From assembly GCF_009914755.1 (NCBI RefSeq), contig NC_060928.1: a DNA stretch of 64,000 nucleotides; one strand, 5' to 3'. This document shows, piece by piece, positions 41,200 through 55,292 of this stretch. Position numbers and translations under genes: made by a program. Every line of letters starts with the position of its first letter. The stretch's first letter is position 1. Origin of the DNA: the human T2T-CHM13v2.0 reference genome, Homo sapiens. The notes under the pieces are model-generated. The model was not told where the DNA came from and ran no database searches. It worked only from the letters and a program-made list of their open reading frames with translations.

Positions 41200-43690
41200 A
41201 CCTGTGGCCTAATCACCTGTGGCTGTTCCCCAAAATTCATGTGTTAGTAATGTAATCTCCAATGCAACATTGTTGGGAGGTAGGTCTTAATAGAAGGGCT
41301 TTAGGTCATGTGGGTTCTACTCTCATGAATGGATTACTATCACTATTAAGAACTTGCAAGAATGAGTTCTTTCTCTTTTGCCCTTCCACTTTGCACCATG
41401 TGAGAATGCAGCAAGAAAGCCCTCACCAGGTGCCAGTGTCCTGATCTCGGACTTCCCAGCCTCCAGAATTGAGAAATAAATTCCTGTTCTTCATAAATTA
41501 TCCAGTTTCAGGTATCCTGCTATAAGAGCACAAAAAGGACAAAGGCAGACATTGGTGCCAGAGGAATGGGATGTTGCTATGTAACAAATACTTAAAATAT
41601 GGAAGAGTCTTTGGAACTGGTTAATAGGTAGTGGCTAGAACAGTTTTGAAGCACATAACAGAAAAAAAACCCTGTATTGCCATGAATGAAGGATTAAGGG
41701 CAATTCTGTTCAAGGCTCAGAAGAAGAGAAAAGCTGTAGGAAAAGTCTGAAACTTCTTAGAGATTCCTTAAGTGGACATGTCCAGAATGCCTGAAGAGAT
41801 GCAGACAGTAAAGGCCATTCTGATGAGGTCTCAGACAAAAATGAATAACAAGGCATTGAAAACTGAAGAAAAGGCCATCTTTTTTATAAAGTGGCTAAGA
41901 ACGTCACTAAATTATGTTGGTGTCCCAGGACTTCATGAAAATCAGAGATTAAGAGGGATAAACTATGATATCTGGCAGAAGAAATCTCTAAGCAGAGCAA
42001 GTCTCTAACCTGTTCAGGATGTGCTGCAGCTGTTCTTAACTGCTTTTAGTAAAATGTAAGAAGAAAGAAATGATTTAAAGATGGAATTTATAAACTTAAG
42101 GGAAACAGAGGAAAAAAATTGAAAACCTCTCACCCTGGCCATGTAAAGAATTTAAAAATTATGTTAGGGAGAGAGAATACCATGGGTGTGGCCAAAGTAT
42201 TATTTGATAAAGAGATTAGTATGAATCAAAGAAATTCATCTGCTATTCATCAAAACAGTAGGAGAATGACCCCAAAGGCATTTTGGAGATCTTCAAGGAG
42301 GTTGCCTCTTCTATCATAGCCCCACAATGCTAGGGCCTTGAGGCAGAATGGTTTAAATGGATGAGCCCAGGGCATCTGTGGGACTCTAGGGATCACTGCC
42401 AAGGGCTGCCTTGGGTCTTTACTCCCCACGTTCCAGCACCACCCCAATTGTGGTTCAAATGTGCCCAAGTGCAGTCCAGGTGCATCCCAGGCCACTGTGC
42501 CCCAAAGGGTGCAAGCGGTGAGCCTTGGTAGCAACCACATGGTGCTGATTGTGCAGGCATACAGAGGGGATAAGCTGTGAAGGCATGGCTTCCCTGACAT
42601 GGATTTCAAAGGATGTCTCCAGCAGCCTCAGGACTATGGCAGAGATGCGCTACAGTGATATAGCTGCCACCAAAAGATCCATCCCCCCAGCCTCAGGCAA
42701 TGCTCAGTGGAATTATGGGGTCCAGGCTACTGCAGAGAGCTGCCACAAGGGCAAAGCCTAGTGGACCTGGGGAAATAGGATGGCTCTGAGACTCCAGTCC
42801 TGTAGAGCCACCAGCATGCAGCACCAGCCTGGAAGAGCTGCAGGAACTTTCTTCCAGCCCGTGAGAGTGGTATCGGCAGTACCCAGCAAAGCCATGGGCT
42901 TGGAGCCACCAGGAGTCTTGATGACTCAACCTCTGCCCCAGTGTGTCTGAAAGGCAGGTCATGGAGTCAAAGAAGATTATTCTCAAACTGTGAGATTTCA
43001 TACTGTTTGCCATTTTGGGTTTTGGACTTGCTAGGGACCTGTTACTCCTTCTTTCTTTTCTATTACTTTTTGTGATGGAATGTTTATCCTATGCCTGGCC
43101 TACCATTGCATTTTGAAAGCACATAACTTGTGTGGTTTCACAGGCTCACAGCTGAAGAGAAATACTTCAGGATGAATTGTACCTTGAATCTCACCTAAAT
43201 CTCATTTAGATGAGATTTGGGACATAGACTTTAAAGTTTGTGCTGAAACAAGTTAAAACGTTGGGGGCTATTGGTATGGAATAAATGTATTTTGCATGGA
43301 AAGAACATGAATTTGTGGGGCAAGAGGCAGAATGCTATGGTCTGAATATGGCCCCTAAAATTGGAAATATGTCCCCTGTGTGTTAGAAATTTAATCCCCA
43401 ACGCAACAGTATTGGGAGGTGCAGTTAATGGGAGATGTTTTGATTGGGAGGGCTCCACCTTCATGAGGGGATTAATACTGCCATAAAAAAGGGACTGTGG
43501 GAGTAGATTTTCTGTCTCTTTCCCTTCTGCCTTTTGCCATGTGAGAACACAGCAAGGGAGCGCTCACAAGATGCTGTCACCTTGATTTTAAACTTTCCAG
43601 CCTCCAGAACTGTGAGAAATAAGTTTCTTTTCTTTATAAGTTACCGAGTTTTAGGAATTCTGTTATAGGTACACAAAGTGGACTAAGACG
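41200..43690 (+). mobile_element. MaLR provirus (MSTD/MLT1A0-like): LTR ~41200-41547, internal region 41548-43332, LTR 43333-43690
   Basis: Two homologous LTRs (cc..aaaatt...cttgatt/ctgatct..acttcccagcctccagaa..gagaaataa...gact/caaagaca); internal region begins gacattggtgccagag and ends atgaatttgtggggcaagaggcagaa, as in MaLR-int. Confidence 0.9.
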
Positions 43691-44749
43691 TGGTTAGCTA
43701 TTTGATTCTTTCCCTACATGACATGCTCCTTGAAATCCTCTATGTGTGATATAGTGCCTGTATATTATAAACACTCAAAAATTACCTGTTAGGTAAATGC
43801 ATCTCTCTATTTTTTCTCTTATGTCCACCTTGTCTTTCTTAAATTTGCCATATCCTACTCAGGAACGCTATACTGAAATACAGGCCCATGACAATATATA
43901 CCATTATGAAAAGTATAAAGAAAAAGCTTATTGCTCTTTAATGTTTAAAAATACACTTGGAACATTCTAGTGGCCAGGTTTTGTGCCGTCAGTCAATACT
44001 TTGCCACGTGAAACTGATGATCAACAAGCTCAGTCAGGAAAATGCTGAGTTTCATCTACACAGAGAAGTCAAGCATGTCCATTGGGAGCTCTGTTTAGAC
44101 TTTCAACATTATGTAAGAATCCCCAAGTAGGTAGATGGCATGAGCCTTGGAAATGGGAGTCTCTAGGCAGAAATAATGGTTTTGGGGGTTCTGTGACAGG
44201 AATAACAGAAGACCACATTCCATGACTAGAGAGAAGAAATAGAAAAGGTAAACATGGGTGGAGGAGGTCCAAGCTTTGGCCATGTAAACAGAATTATTTT
44301 TATCACTAGAGAACAGACATATAAGTAGTAGCAAAGGTAGAATCTCAGGAATTTGGGGGAGATGTATCTTAATTGCATAAGCATATGTCTGCCCACTGCT
44401 TTGTGTAGCTGTGTCATGTCATGTGCCTCAGACAGCACTTCAGAGCTACTTAGAAATAACCGTAGTCACAGTTGACTCAGGAAATTGTGAGCCGAGCCTA
44501 TCATTGGGAGAGGCTGGAAGGTACTAAAACACAACGGTAAAATTTTTCCTTTCTTTGATGACTTCTGTCCACAGGTTAGTGCTGACTAGAAATGCAGTCA
44601 ACATTATTTCTTACTGACTTTTCTGTAGAGCTTCTCTATTACCAAAGCTTAGTTAACAAGAGCTTTTTGTAGGCATAAAATATTCCACTGTGCTTCCTTC
44701 TTTCTGTTATTCCTTTAGGATTTCCTCTTACCCACCCATGTTTACACTA

Positions 44750-45005
44750 CAGAATAGTGATCAAGAGCAAGGACCCTGAAGATAAGGCCTAATATCAAAT
44801 TCCACCTATACCACATACCGATGAGTTATGTAACCATGGAAAGGTTACTCAATCTCTATGCCTCAGTTTTCTTGTTTATAAAATGAGGAAAATTATAATG
44901 CCTCCATGTCAGAATTGTTGTGAAAATTAAGCTGTTAATAGTAAGTAAAATCTTAGAAGGGTACTTGGAACATAATAAGCTTTGTATGGTGTTAGCCATT
45001 ATTTT
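44750..45005 (+). mobile_element. MIR SINE
   Basis: ggttactcaatctctatgcctcagttttcttgtttataaaatgagg core; 3' end ggaacataataagc...gttagccattatt. Confidence 0.85.
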
Positions 45006-45701
45006 ACAGAGTTAAGTATACTTTCTCATGCTTGAATAATACTTTATGCATACCTCTGTTACAGCTCTAATCACATTACATTCATTGTATTTTACTTGTA
45101 TATCTCCCCTCTGAGTTGGGAAGTCTTTGAGGGCATATTATATTCTCTGTATTCTTGAGTGTATAACATTGTGCCCAATATTGACCAAAGATGAAATTTA
45201 AGTCGATAAATCAATTAATTCCCATGAAATACACAATGCAGTTTTTCTTGTTTCTTCCAAATGAAAAAGGGCTATATTATTTAATAATTTATTTAAAATT
45301 TAGAAAACAAATGAAGGAATACAAAGTCATTCCTAAACTCCTGGGTTTATCCCAACAAGAGCAAAGGAGAGCTTCAAAATGTGATTCTGAAGTTACATTT
45401 GCTTTATTTAAAAATCATAATATATTACAGTAATTAAACTGTTTCATGACCTCATTGAAATCCTGTAAGGCTTAATTAATGTTTATAAAGCCTTTTGCAA
45501 TCCTCAGGTGAGAAGCACCAGGAAAGTGTAAGAAATCATTATTGTTATCACTGATTCCATCTTAAATGATTGCAAGCAGTTTGCCTCACCTAAATTTGCT
45601 GATTAAATTCAAGCTATGACCATGCAGAAACACAAGCAAAATTCATTTCTACAATGTACCTCAGCTTTTCTTATTTAGAAGGTTGTAGACAAAGAAAAGT
45701 A

Positions 45702-46020
45702 CAGTCATCTCTTTATATCCATGGGGGATTAGTTCCAGGACACCCACCAGATACCAAAATCTGCAAATGCTCAAGTCCCTTATATAAAACAGCATAGTAT
45801 TTACATATAACCTACAGACATCCTCCAGTATACTTTAAGTCATGTCTAGGTTACTTATAATACCTAATACAAGGTAAGGAGTATGTAAATGGTTGTTATA
45901 CTATATTTTTAAATTTTTATTATGTTTCGTTGTATTATTTTTTATTTACTTTTAAAAATATTTTAAATCTGCAGTTAGTTAAATTCATGCATGCAGAACC
46001 CACAGATATGAAGGGGTAAC
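45702..46020. mobile_element. MER2/MER2B Tigger-family non-autonomous DNA transposon
   Basis: TA then cagtcatctctttatatccatgggggattagttccagga...gataccaaaatctgcaaatgctcaagtcccttatataaaa...gcagaacccacagatatgaagggg. Confidence 0.9.
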
Positions 46021-46571
46021 AAAGCATAATTTTTCAATGTAACTATTGTTCAGAGAGGTGACCTATAAAAATGATGATAAATAATGGGTAAAGGCAAAAG
46101 CATGAGAGTAGGCCATTGGCCTCAACTGTACCACCTGGGAACTTGCCCTTGCAAAATATCTTCCTATGAAGTTTGGAATGAGGCAGATCTAGGTTGGAAA
46201 ACTGTCTCTATAACTTTCTTTCTTTGTAACTTTGGGAAAATTACTTGGGGGAGCAAGGGCTACACCGGATAGGTACAAGACTCTAACCCAGTCCTTAACA
46301 TAGAACCTGGCACATAATACGTGTTCAACATATATAAATTTCTATATATGTGACTGTATAATGATGCATATTAAACAGTTAAAATACATTATCACCAACA
46401 TTTAAAAGATTAATCACCTCTATCTTTTGAAATGCCATCATTCTATCATCCAAGATGACTTAATCCCCAAGAGCTCTGAATAACTGCAGTTTGCTGTGTT
46501 ATTTCCATGACTAACAATTCTGATTTTGAAGGGCACTCAATCATGAAGTCGTATCAAAGGCTTTAACTAAA

Positions 46572-47205
46572 ATGTTCTGTTTATCTATTGCTGCATAACA
46601 AACCACCTCAACATTTAGTGGTGTAAAACACTCATTTTTATTATGCTCACAATTCAGAAAGGTAGAGCAGGATGATCTCATCCCTGCTCTGTGATGACTG
46701 GAACCTCAGCCAAGATGACTCAAGTATCTCAATTTATCTGGGCCAGCTCAATGGTACTCATATGTCAAGAACCTTAGTTTTGTCCAATTCATCTTCATTT
46801 TTCTCTACATTGTGTCTCCTTGGGCTGGAATGTCCAAGATGGCTTTTTAATTTAAAAGTCTGTTGCCTCAGTTGGGATGGCTGACACAACTGGGACTAGC
46901 AGGTCATCCCTCTCTCTGTATATAGTATCTCCCCGTGACTAGCTTGAACTTCTCTAAAGAATGGTATTCTCAGGATTTCTTACATGGCAGTTGACTTCTC
47001 CTAGGATGAGCATTCCAAGAGGCATGGACAGAGTTGCGCAGGTTTTGATGACTTAGGCGTAGAAGTCCAGAACATCACTTTTGCCACATTCTGTGGATCC
47101 AGCAACTTACTATGGGTGTCCTAGGCTCACAGGGATAAAATTAGATTCCACTTCTCAGTTGCAGGAGTAGGAAAGAATCCACATCCACTTTTTATCTTCC
47201 CCATA
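46572..47205 (-). mobile_element. MLT1F-like MaLR solo LTR
   Basis: ttatctattgctgcataacaaaccacc, cttacatggcagttgacttc, catcacttttgccacattctgtgg, attagattccacttctc. Confidence 0.82.
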
Positions 47206-47260
47206 AGAGAAAAATCATTTATTTCTTAACTTTCTAGAAATCAAAAAAGCATCATGAAGA

Positions 47261-47696
<436 letters not shown>

Positions 47697-48889
47697 GTTC
47701 TGACACTTACTAGCTGTGTGATTGTGAACACATCTCTTAATCTCTCATCTTGTCTTCTAATCTATCAAGGAGAAAAATAATGTAGTTTTTATCCATATCA
47801 CTGACTTGTTGGGAAGGTGACATAATGGAAGAAAAAGGTGAAGAAAATTTAGAAATCCTACACAGCTGCTAGGTATTGAAATGTAGGGAGGAAACTATAG
47901 TCACTAGGATTTGCAGGTCTAATTAAGAAGAGTTAGTTGCCTTGAGTTCCTAGACTCCTGACTGAGGCACATAGAAATTTCATGACCAAATAATAGTTTA
48001 TTCAATTTGAGGTCAAATTTCAACCTCAAAATTGAGGCCTTGGTTGTACCTTGGTCTGACTCTTTGTCCGAGGTCCTTGAGTCTCCCAACTGACTGGTAT
48101 CTATCTCACCTGGAAAGATGAATAAGATGAAAAATTTCCATGTACATAATAACTAAACCATATAACCATTTTGTGACTTTTTATCAATTGTAAGTTTATT
48201 TGATTATAAATATGAACACTTGATCATTTGTTCATTTTGTGGACAGAAGACCTTTAGGCTCTAATTCTTGCTAACAATCAGCTGAGGAAGGGAAAATGTA
48301 TCTGAGCAACAATTTAGTAAAAACTGGGGTGTAGCTGCTCCTGTGATCCCTAACATCTATATGACCTAAAGGTAGGGTCCTGTTGTGTGTAGTTTTCAAA
48401 AGTATGAGTCTTCCCCTCATTTTGTGCTTCTGAGTATTTTATCACTTATTAAAAAATGTGTCTTTTCTGGGATTATTTCAAGAAAGAGATTTCCTTGAAC
48501 AGTGTTTAAACACAACATTTAAATTTAGTCAAGTAATATGGTATAGAGACAACAGCACCAGCCTAGTATATGTCAATACTTGGGATATAAATGTTGGAGT
48601 TTCAGTTTCCTTTGAAGACAATGAGATCAGAATAGTTGAATTACTGGAATTATGAGATTCTATGATTCTTTGGTTGACTTTTTTTCCAAATATGTGACCA
48701 TTGCTGATTCTGAAATGGTCTGAAACAATGTAACTATAAACTAAGTGTAATCTTAAAACCCAAACAGTGAGATGGTCTCTGGCAAATTTCTACTGTGACA
48801 GAACAACAACAGCCCTGACTTGACAGAGAGTTTCCAAGTAGTCACATTTTCCTAGAATCACTTATGGTCTGAGACAAGTGAAAAATTCT

Positions 48890-50845
48890 ATGTATTCTAA
48901 GAAGCCACCAATGTGTATATTCTCCCAGCTTCTCCTTAGTTCATACTCTTAAGGCATCAAAATGATTCTTGGATCTGTCTGCCATTAAGTCTCATGTCCA
49001 CCTTCCAGGTTTCATCTTTCTTTACTTTCGGCAGTATTTGACACTGATAACTGGATTCTCTTTAAACTTATTTGTTCTTTGATTTCTGAGACAAAACTCT
49101 TTTGGTTTTCTTCCTACTACTCTGGTACATTCTTCACAATCCTCTTTATGGCTTTTTCTTCTATTGCCTAATCCTTAAAGGTTTATGTAATACACACCTC
49201 TTCTCTATATATGTTTTTTGAATTATCTCACCCATATCCAAAGCTTTCATCATCATCAATTTGACACATAGCCAATAAATACTTATTTACTGTCTTTCAT
49301 CTTCCAGAGACTATAATCTGATATTCTGAATTTAAATCTGTAGCCTGGTTCTTGATGCTGAGCTGCCCACATGCATATACATCTGCATACTAAATATATT
49401 CACTTGCAAATACATGACATAGTAGAACTAGCAGTCATGGTCTATGTGAATGATCCTCCCTGGAGCTGTGCAGCTCTCTGCCTTTCCTTATATATGACTC
49501 AAAGTCAACTTGTCCAAAATTAGACTCATCTTCCATTCCCAAAATGACCATTGCTCTCCTCTTGTGTTTCCTAGCTCAGTGAGCGAGATTCAAAATTGGC
49601 AAGTTGTAAAATCACTGAGTCATCTGGATCTTCCACTTAATAAAAAGGGAGAACCATCAACCTTAAAAGAATGTTAAGGCTCCTCTAGAAGACTAAGCAA
49701 AATGATAAATGCAAAATGCTCATTCTAGTATTTTGTGAATATTAAGTATTCAATATTTATTATTCTCCATCCTATTAATGTCTAAGCCAGAAACAGGACC
49801 TCGTCTTTGATTTTTAAAAAAAGTTTCCAGCTCCTTCAGCAAGTTCAAAAACACCTGCCTCTTTTTATGTATTTTCAACTTAATCAGTATTATCTCTGTG
49901 TTATGACTATCTAGTTGAGAGTACCATTATCTTCCTATCTTATCCTACTAACTGGTTTTCCTAATCTTAGCCATGCCCACCCTCTCCATCTATCTCTTAC
50001 ACCTTTTTCTCAATGAACTTTCAAGATGCTATTAAATTCTGTTGTTCTGTTTGACACTCAGCACAGGCTTTCCACAGCTGATATGGCTTGGCTGTGTCCC
50101 CACCCAAATCTTATCTTGAATTGTAGCTCCCATAATCCCTGTGTGTCATGGGAAGGACCCGGTGGGGGGTAATTGAATCATGGGGGCAGGTTTTTCTCTT
50201 GCTGTTCTCATGATCATAAGTCTCACAAGGTCTGATGGTTTTATAAAAGGCAGTTCCCCTGCACATATTCTCTTGCCTGCCACCATGTAATATGTGTTTT
50301 GCTCCTCCTTCACCTTCTGCCATGATTATGAGTCCTCCCCAGATATGTGGAACTGTGAGGCCATTAAACCTCTTTTTCTTTAAAAATTACACAGTCTCAG
50401 GTATTTCTTCATAGCAGTATGAGAACAGACTAATACAACAGCATTTGGGGCAAAAGTCCAAACTCCTAAGCTTGGCACATAAGCTACTTCATGGCATGGC
50501 TCTGTTTAACATCCACCACTTTTCCCCTTATACTCTGATCCAGACAATCTCACCTCTTTCATTTCCCTTGTAATGTGCTGCTTCTGCTGCTGGAAATGTC
50601 TCTCCTTCTTTCTCTAATTTACTTCTGCTACTGTTTCAGAATTTAGCTCATGGTCATCTTTTTAAAGACATTCTTCCAGATGCTGAGATTGGATTAGGTT
50701 CCTATACTGCTTACATGTGGCAATAGAATAAGGTCCCTGAAAGCATAAACTGCCTCTCATCCACCTTTGTAATCCCAGTGCCAAGCAAAAGGCCTAGAGT
50801 GCATATACTTATGTAAGCAATGACTGAAAGAATGGATGTATGAAA
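48890..50845 (+). mobile_element. LINE-2 3' region interrupted by a MIR fragment and THE1
   Basis: gcagtatttgacactgataac, ctctttggttttcttcctac, ctcaaagtcaacttgtccaaaattagactc, cccagtgccaagcaaaaggcct...tgactgaaagaatggatg. Confidence 0.75.
50079..50437 (+). mobile_element. THE1 (C-like) MaLR solo LTR
   Basis: tgatatggcttggctgtgtccccacccaaatc...gagaacagactaataca; perfect 5-bp TSD acagc (50074-50078, 50438-50442). Confidence 0.96.
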
Positions 50846-51092
50846 ATGGTAGCATCCAAGTGAATGCTATCCAGCCGATGATCACAGCTGTTAAAATTGT
50901 ATATACAGAGAAATCTTTAGGCTGCATTAGATTGGGGATAGTGGAGGTTGCAGGGAGCAGCTGAAGGCCAATCTGTGATCCTTCCTGGGATTCTGATGGA
51001 TCTAAGTATGTCTATAGAATGGAGGAACTAGCAGACAGGAACCTATTTGTGTGATATACTAATGAGCCTCTATAGGGAAAGAAAATCCAAGG

Positions 51093-51635
51093 CAGTGTTT
51101 CTCCATCAGGGCTTCAAGAATTCTAAGATTTTTTAAAAAGCTTTATATTTCACTTGGATGATAACACAAATAGCTACAATATACTGTAAGAACACACTAA
51201 TTTATAGCTGGGCAATGCAAGAGTTTTCAGAGTCAGTGTTAGTTTTTACATAATGCAATTTTAATTACTGTCTGCTAATAAAAAGAAAAAGGGAGAAATT
51301 TGTTTGACACATAAACACCGTTTAACATAAAACATAAGCCAAACTACATCAAAGCTCATTGAATTAAAAAAAAAGAGTCCATGATATACTGAAGAGTTGA
51401 AATTGGTGGAGAAATCTAATACATGCCCCTTTAAAAATAGAAAAAGATTGTGCCATAATACATTGATGCCATATTCACATTATCGGAATTTAGTTTCAAC
51501 CAAACAACATCATCCATCACAGTACACTAATGTTGTTATTTTTAGATATTTTTCTGTTTTTATTGAATTTATAAACTTATTTTTGCTTTATATTACATAA
51601 GAGCTTTACACATACAAACATTTAAGAGACAGTAT
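51093..51635. mobile_element. Possible hAT-Charlie-type DNA transposon remnant
   Basis: cagtgtttctc at left and tttaagagacagt at right resemble Charlie terminal inverted repeats; interior not recognised. Confidence 0.3.
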
Positions 51636-51807
51636 AATAAAAACAACTTAGTATAATGCTGGAAACTTGGGAGATTATCTTTTTTAAAATAATTTGCACA
51701 TTACTCAGAATGCAAAAAGACTATGTTGATGAAAAAAGAATCAGGTCATAACAAAATTGGGAGTAAACGCTTCTTTGTCAGAGTAGAAGGTTTTACCTCC
51801 TAGCTCT

Positions 51808-52041
51808 GCACAAATACACATATACACACTACACACAAACACACATGAGCTCACAAATGTTACACATACACAGACACACAACACAACTAACTCCCACACA
51901 AGAATACACACGTGCAACACCAACACAGACTTAAACATACACACTTGCATAGTAACATGCATGTGACACACATACACTTATTTATGTATATCACAAACAG
52001 CCCCATGCATAAAGAAAACACACACACACACACACACACAC
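51808..52041. repeat. CA-rich low-complexity region ending in (CA)n
   Basis: Degenerate acacacat/acacag repeats read directly. Confidence 0.9.
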
Positions 52042-52529
52042 CTTCCATGAATTTATGTCTGCATTTTATTAAGAGAGGAAAAGGACAAAAAATATAAACT
52101 GAGAGCTCAGTTCTCCAGAGTTTAGTGCTGCAGTTTTTAAAACAAGCCCTCTTGAATTAAGCTGCTCAAATAACAACCGCAGCTGTGCCCTATCCTAGCT
52201 GAATATCCTAGCTGGACATTCAAGTTCAGTTCCTCACTCTTCTGATCATTAAATTAGGAAGGATAGTGAGCATTTAGCTCATGGAATTGTTTAGAGAAGT
52301 GAATGCATTATTGCGTGATGACAACTTTAACACTAACCTGGCACATAGGAAAAAAAAATAGTGGCCTCCTTTGGGAAAAATTTAGATTTGATGGACGGAT
52401 AGTACTGCTTTGGGATCCTATGTGAGTTGCAAAATTAAAGAGGGTTTCTCCCTTCTTTTGTCAGAGAAAATGAGAAGCCTGGGAGTTGTCCCTAATCTCT
52501 TGCGGTTTGTCACAACCCACACTTAATCA

Positions 52530-52925
52530 ATAACCAGTCTTGTTGAATTTTTTTCCCTCTGAAACTCTCTTTGGTTGATGCATGTCTCTTCAACTCATGT
52601 GGGCTGAGGCAAGAGGTTTATAACTGCTTTCCCCACACCTACTTTGTTTTCCCCAGTGCAACCAAGCAGGACATTTTACAAAGGAAAATTTGATCCTTAT
52701 TTCCTTAATACTTAATGACTTCCCAATGCTTTGAGGATAAAGCTCTGCACAATCCAACCCCACTCAAATTCAACATGCTCCTTGCTGGGTCAAGCCACTC
52801 ATCTCTGTTGTGTGCCACTCCCCTATTAGAAAGCCTCATAAGAACAAGGACTGTCTGTTTAAGTTAACCATTGTCTCTTTATCACCTACTAGAAGCTTCT
52901 CTAAATGTTGATTGGATGGATGAAC
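52530..52925 (+). mobile_element. LINE-2 3' fragment
   Basis: caataaccagtcttgttgaatt, cttaatgacttcccaatgctttgaggataaa, cataagaacaaggactgtctg, aaatgttgattggatggatgaa. Confidence 0.7.
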
Positions 52926-53117
52926 AAAACACAACACTGCTATAACACATCAGCAGATGTGTGCTCTATCTATTTTGCCTTTAAATTACCCAATTTGGGT
53001 GCAAAAGGGTGCTGACCAACAGAAAAGACAATGATGCCTGATATGATAGGACAGTACCCCATGGTATATGACAGTATCTGGTGAAAGGTGGTAGTATACA
53101 GTGGTACCATCACTATG

Positions 53118-53174
53118 GTTCACCATATGTTGGGAATAATACGTTCATCATATGTTGGGAATAAGTTAACCATA
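53118..53174. repeat. 22-bp direct duplication (gttca[c/t]catatgttgggaataa) plus a partial third copy
   Basis: Copies at 53118-53139 and 53143-53164, then gttaaccata. Confidence 0.9.
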
Positions 53175-54531
53175 AAACTGTCAGTGGTGCCTAATGAACA
53201 TATTGGTTTCCAATAAAAGGAAGACAGACTAGAAGTGGTATCTTTTGTTAGTTTGCTTTCTTGCCTTTTGTTTTTAATCTGTGGTTTCGCAAATATTTCT
53301 TTGTGAGCACAAGTGAGATTCCTTCTGGCTCTGTTTAGTAATAGATAGTGATTTCATTGTAGCAGGATGGAGGGCTGGTAAGATCCAGAAAAAAAAAATG
53401 GCTGCTATATAGCTGTATCTCCCTCTTTTTTTTTTTTTTTAATCCAGGTGAAATAAAAGACCTGTAGACCTGTGCTGGTCTGGTTCTCTGACGTGCATGC
53501 TAATGGGAAACTCTACACACATATCACAATTTTATTCACACCCAGCATAGTTTGCTTAGCTCAAGCCATGATAGGGAGTGAGGATGGGAAATAAAGTTAT
53601 TGGCTCATTAGCTCTAATTTCTCTTGGTTCCATGGAGACATGCTTGTCAAGGCAAGGTGGCTAAGGAGGACTAGAAAAATGCATTGTTAGGTTTGAGATG
53701 CCTGCAGCTCACAGATTTCCTCATATATGCCTTTGTTTGGTATAAGACACACCAGTGGTCTGTCTGGTAATTGGGAGCAATATCTGAATGTTCAACTAAA
53801 TAGGGTCTATATTCAAGTTGGGAAACCTTAGCTTACTTACATGTTTGATTCAAGCATCTGCTATACATATACTCCTATCACATGTACCCCATAACACTAC
53901 TGATATCACCTTATATCACTACAGACATATCACTACAAGTATTATCAAAACGTAATTGGTGTTAACTATGCGTACTTTTTCAGTTGATTTATATTATGTT
54001 TTCCAAATTCTTAAACTCTTATTTGTGGGATGTACTCAATTCAAAGTAGTTTCAATACTCCATTCAGATATTAAGTTCATTTTCCCTCCGGCATAACCCC
54101 ATCGTATAAAGTAAATGACCTGATAACTAACAGTTGAATGCTCTAGTTAACTCTGATATTTCAATAATTCCTCTGTGAACTTTTTTGTAAAGTGAACAAT
54201 TTCTCTGTAATAAAAATGATCCTCCCCAGTTATTGTCTTATAGATATGCAGAGATGGGAAATCATTTTTAAGTGAGTAAATTGTAGATTTTCTCTAACTG
54301 AATATGTATATAGTTATTAAATGAAAGTTACTGTGAACATTATATATACTCATTTGTTCAAAATTAAACTGTTTCCCTTTAACACTAAAATTACATGAAA
54401 GAGATTTATTTCTTTTCTTCTGTCACTTCAAAATTCTGCACTGTTTGGGGGTCAGCATTCATACTGTAAAGAAGATATTTTGCATTATTATTTATTTAGA
54501 TATTATCAGATTTTTTGAAATGGGGGATATC

Positions 54532-55292
54532 TTTCTTTTTTTATTATACTTTAAGTTCTAGGGTACATGTGCACAACGTGCAGGTTTGTTACATATGTAT
54601 ACATGTGCCGTGTTTGTTTGCTGCACCCATTAACTCGTCACTTACATTAGGTATTTCTCCTAATGCTCTCCCTCCCCCATCCCCCCACCCCACGACAGGC
54701 CCCGGTGTGTGATGTTCCCCACCCTGTGTCCAGGTGTTCTCATTTTTCAGTTCCCACCTATGAGTGAGAACATGCGGTGTTTGGTTTTCTGTCCTTGCGA
54801 TAGTTTGCTCAGAATGGTGGTTTCCAGCTTCATCCATGTAGCTACAAAGGACATGAATTCATCATTTTTTATGGCTGCATAGTATCCCTTGGTGTATATG
54901 TGCCACATTTTCTTAATCCAGTCTAACATTGATGGACATTTGGGTTTGTTCCAAGTCTTTGCTATTGTGAATAATGCTGCAATAAATGTACATGTGCATG
55001 TGTCTTTATAGCAGCATGATTTACAATCCTTTGGGTATATACCCAGTAATGGGATGACTGGGTCAAATGGTATTTCTAGTTCTAGATCCTTGAGGAATCA
55101 CCACACTGTCTTCCACAATGGTTGAACTAGTTTACAGTCCCACCAACAGTGTAAAAGTGTTCCTATTTCTCCACATCCTCTCCAGCACCTGTTGTTTCCT
55201 GACTTTTTAATGATCACTATTCTAACTGGTGTGAGATGGTATCTTATTGTGGTTTTGATTTGCATTTCTCTGATGAACAGTGGTGATGAGCA
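54532..55292 (-). mobile_element. 5'-truncated LINE-1 (L1PA5/6-like, ~760 bp)
   Basis: ttattatactttaagttctagggtacatgtgcacaacgtgcagg 3' end; ORF2 C-terminal peptide [21 protein letters not shown] (55098-55313). Confidence 0.95.
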
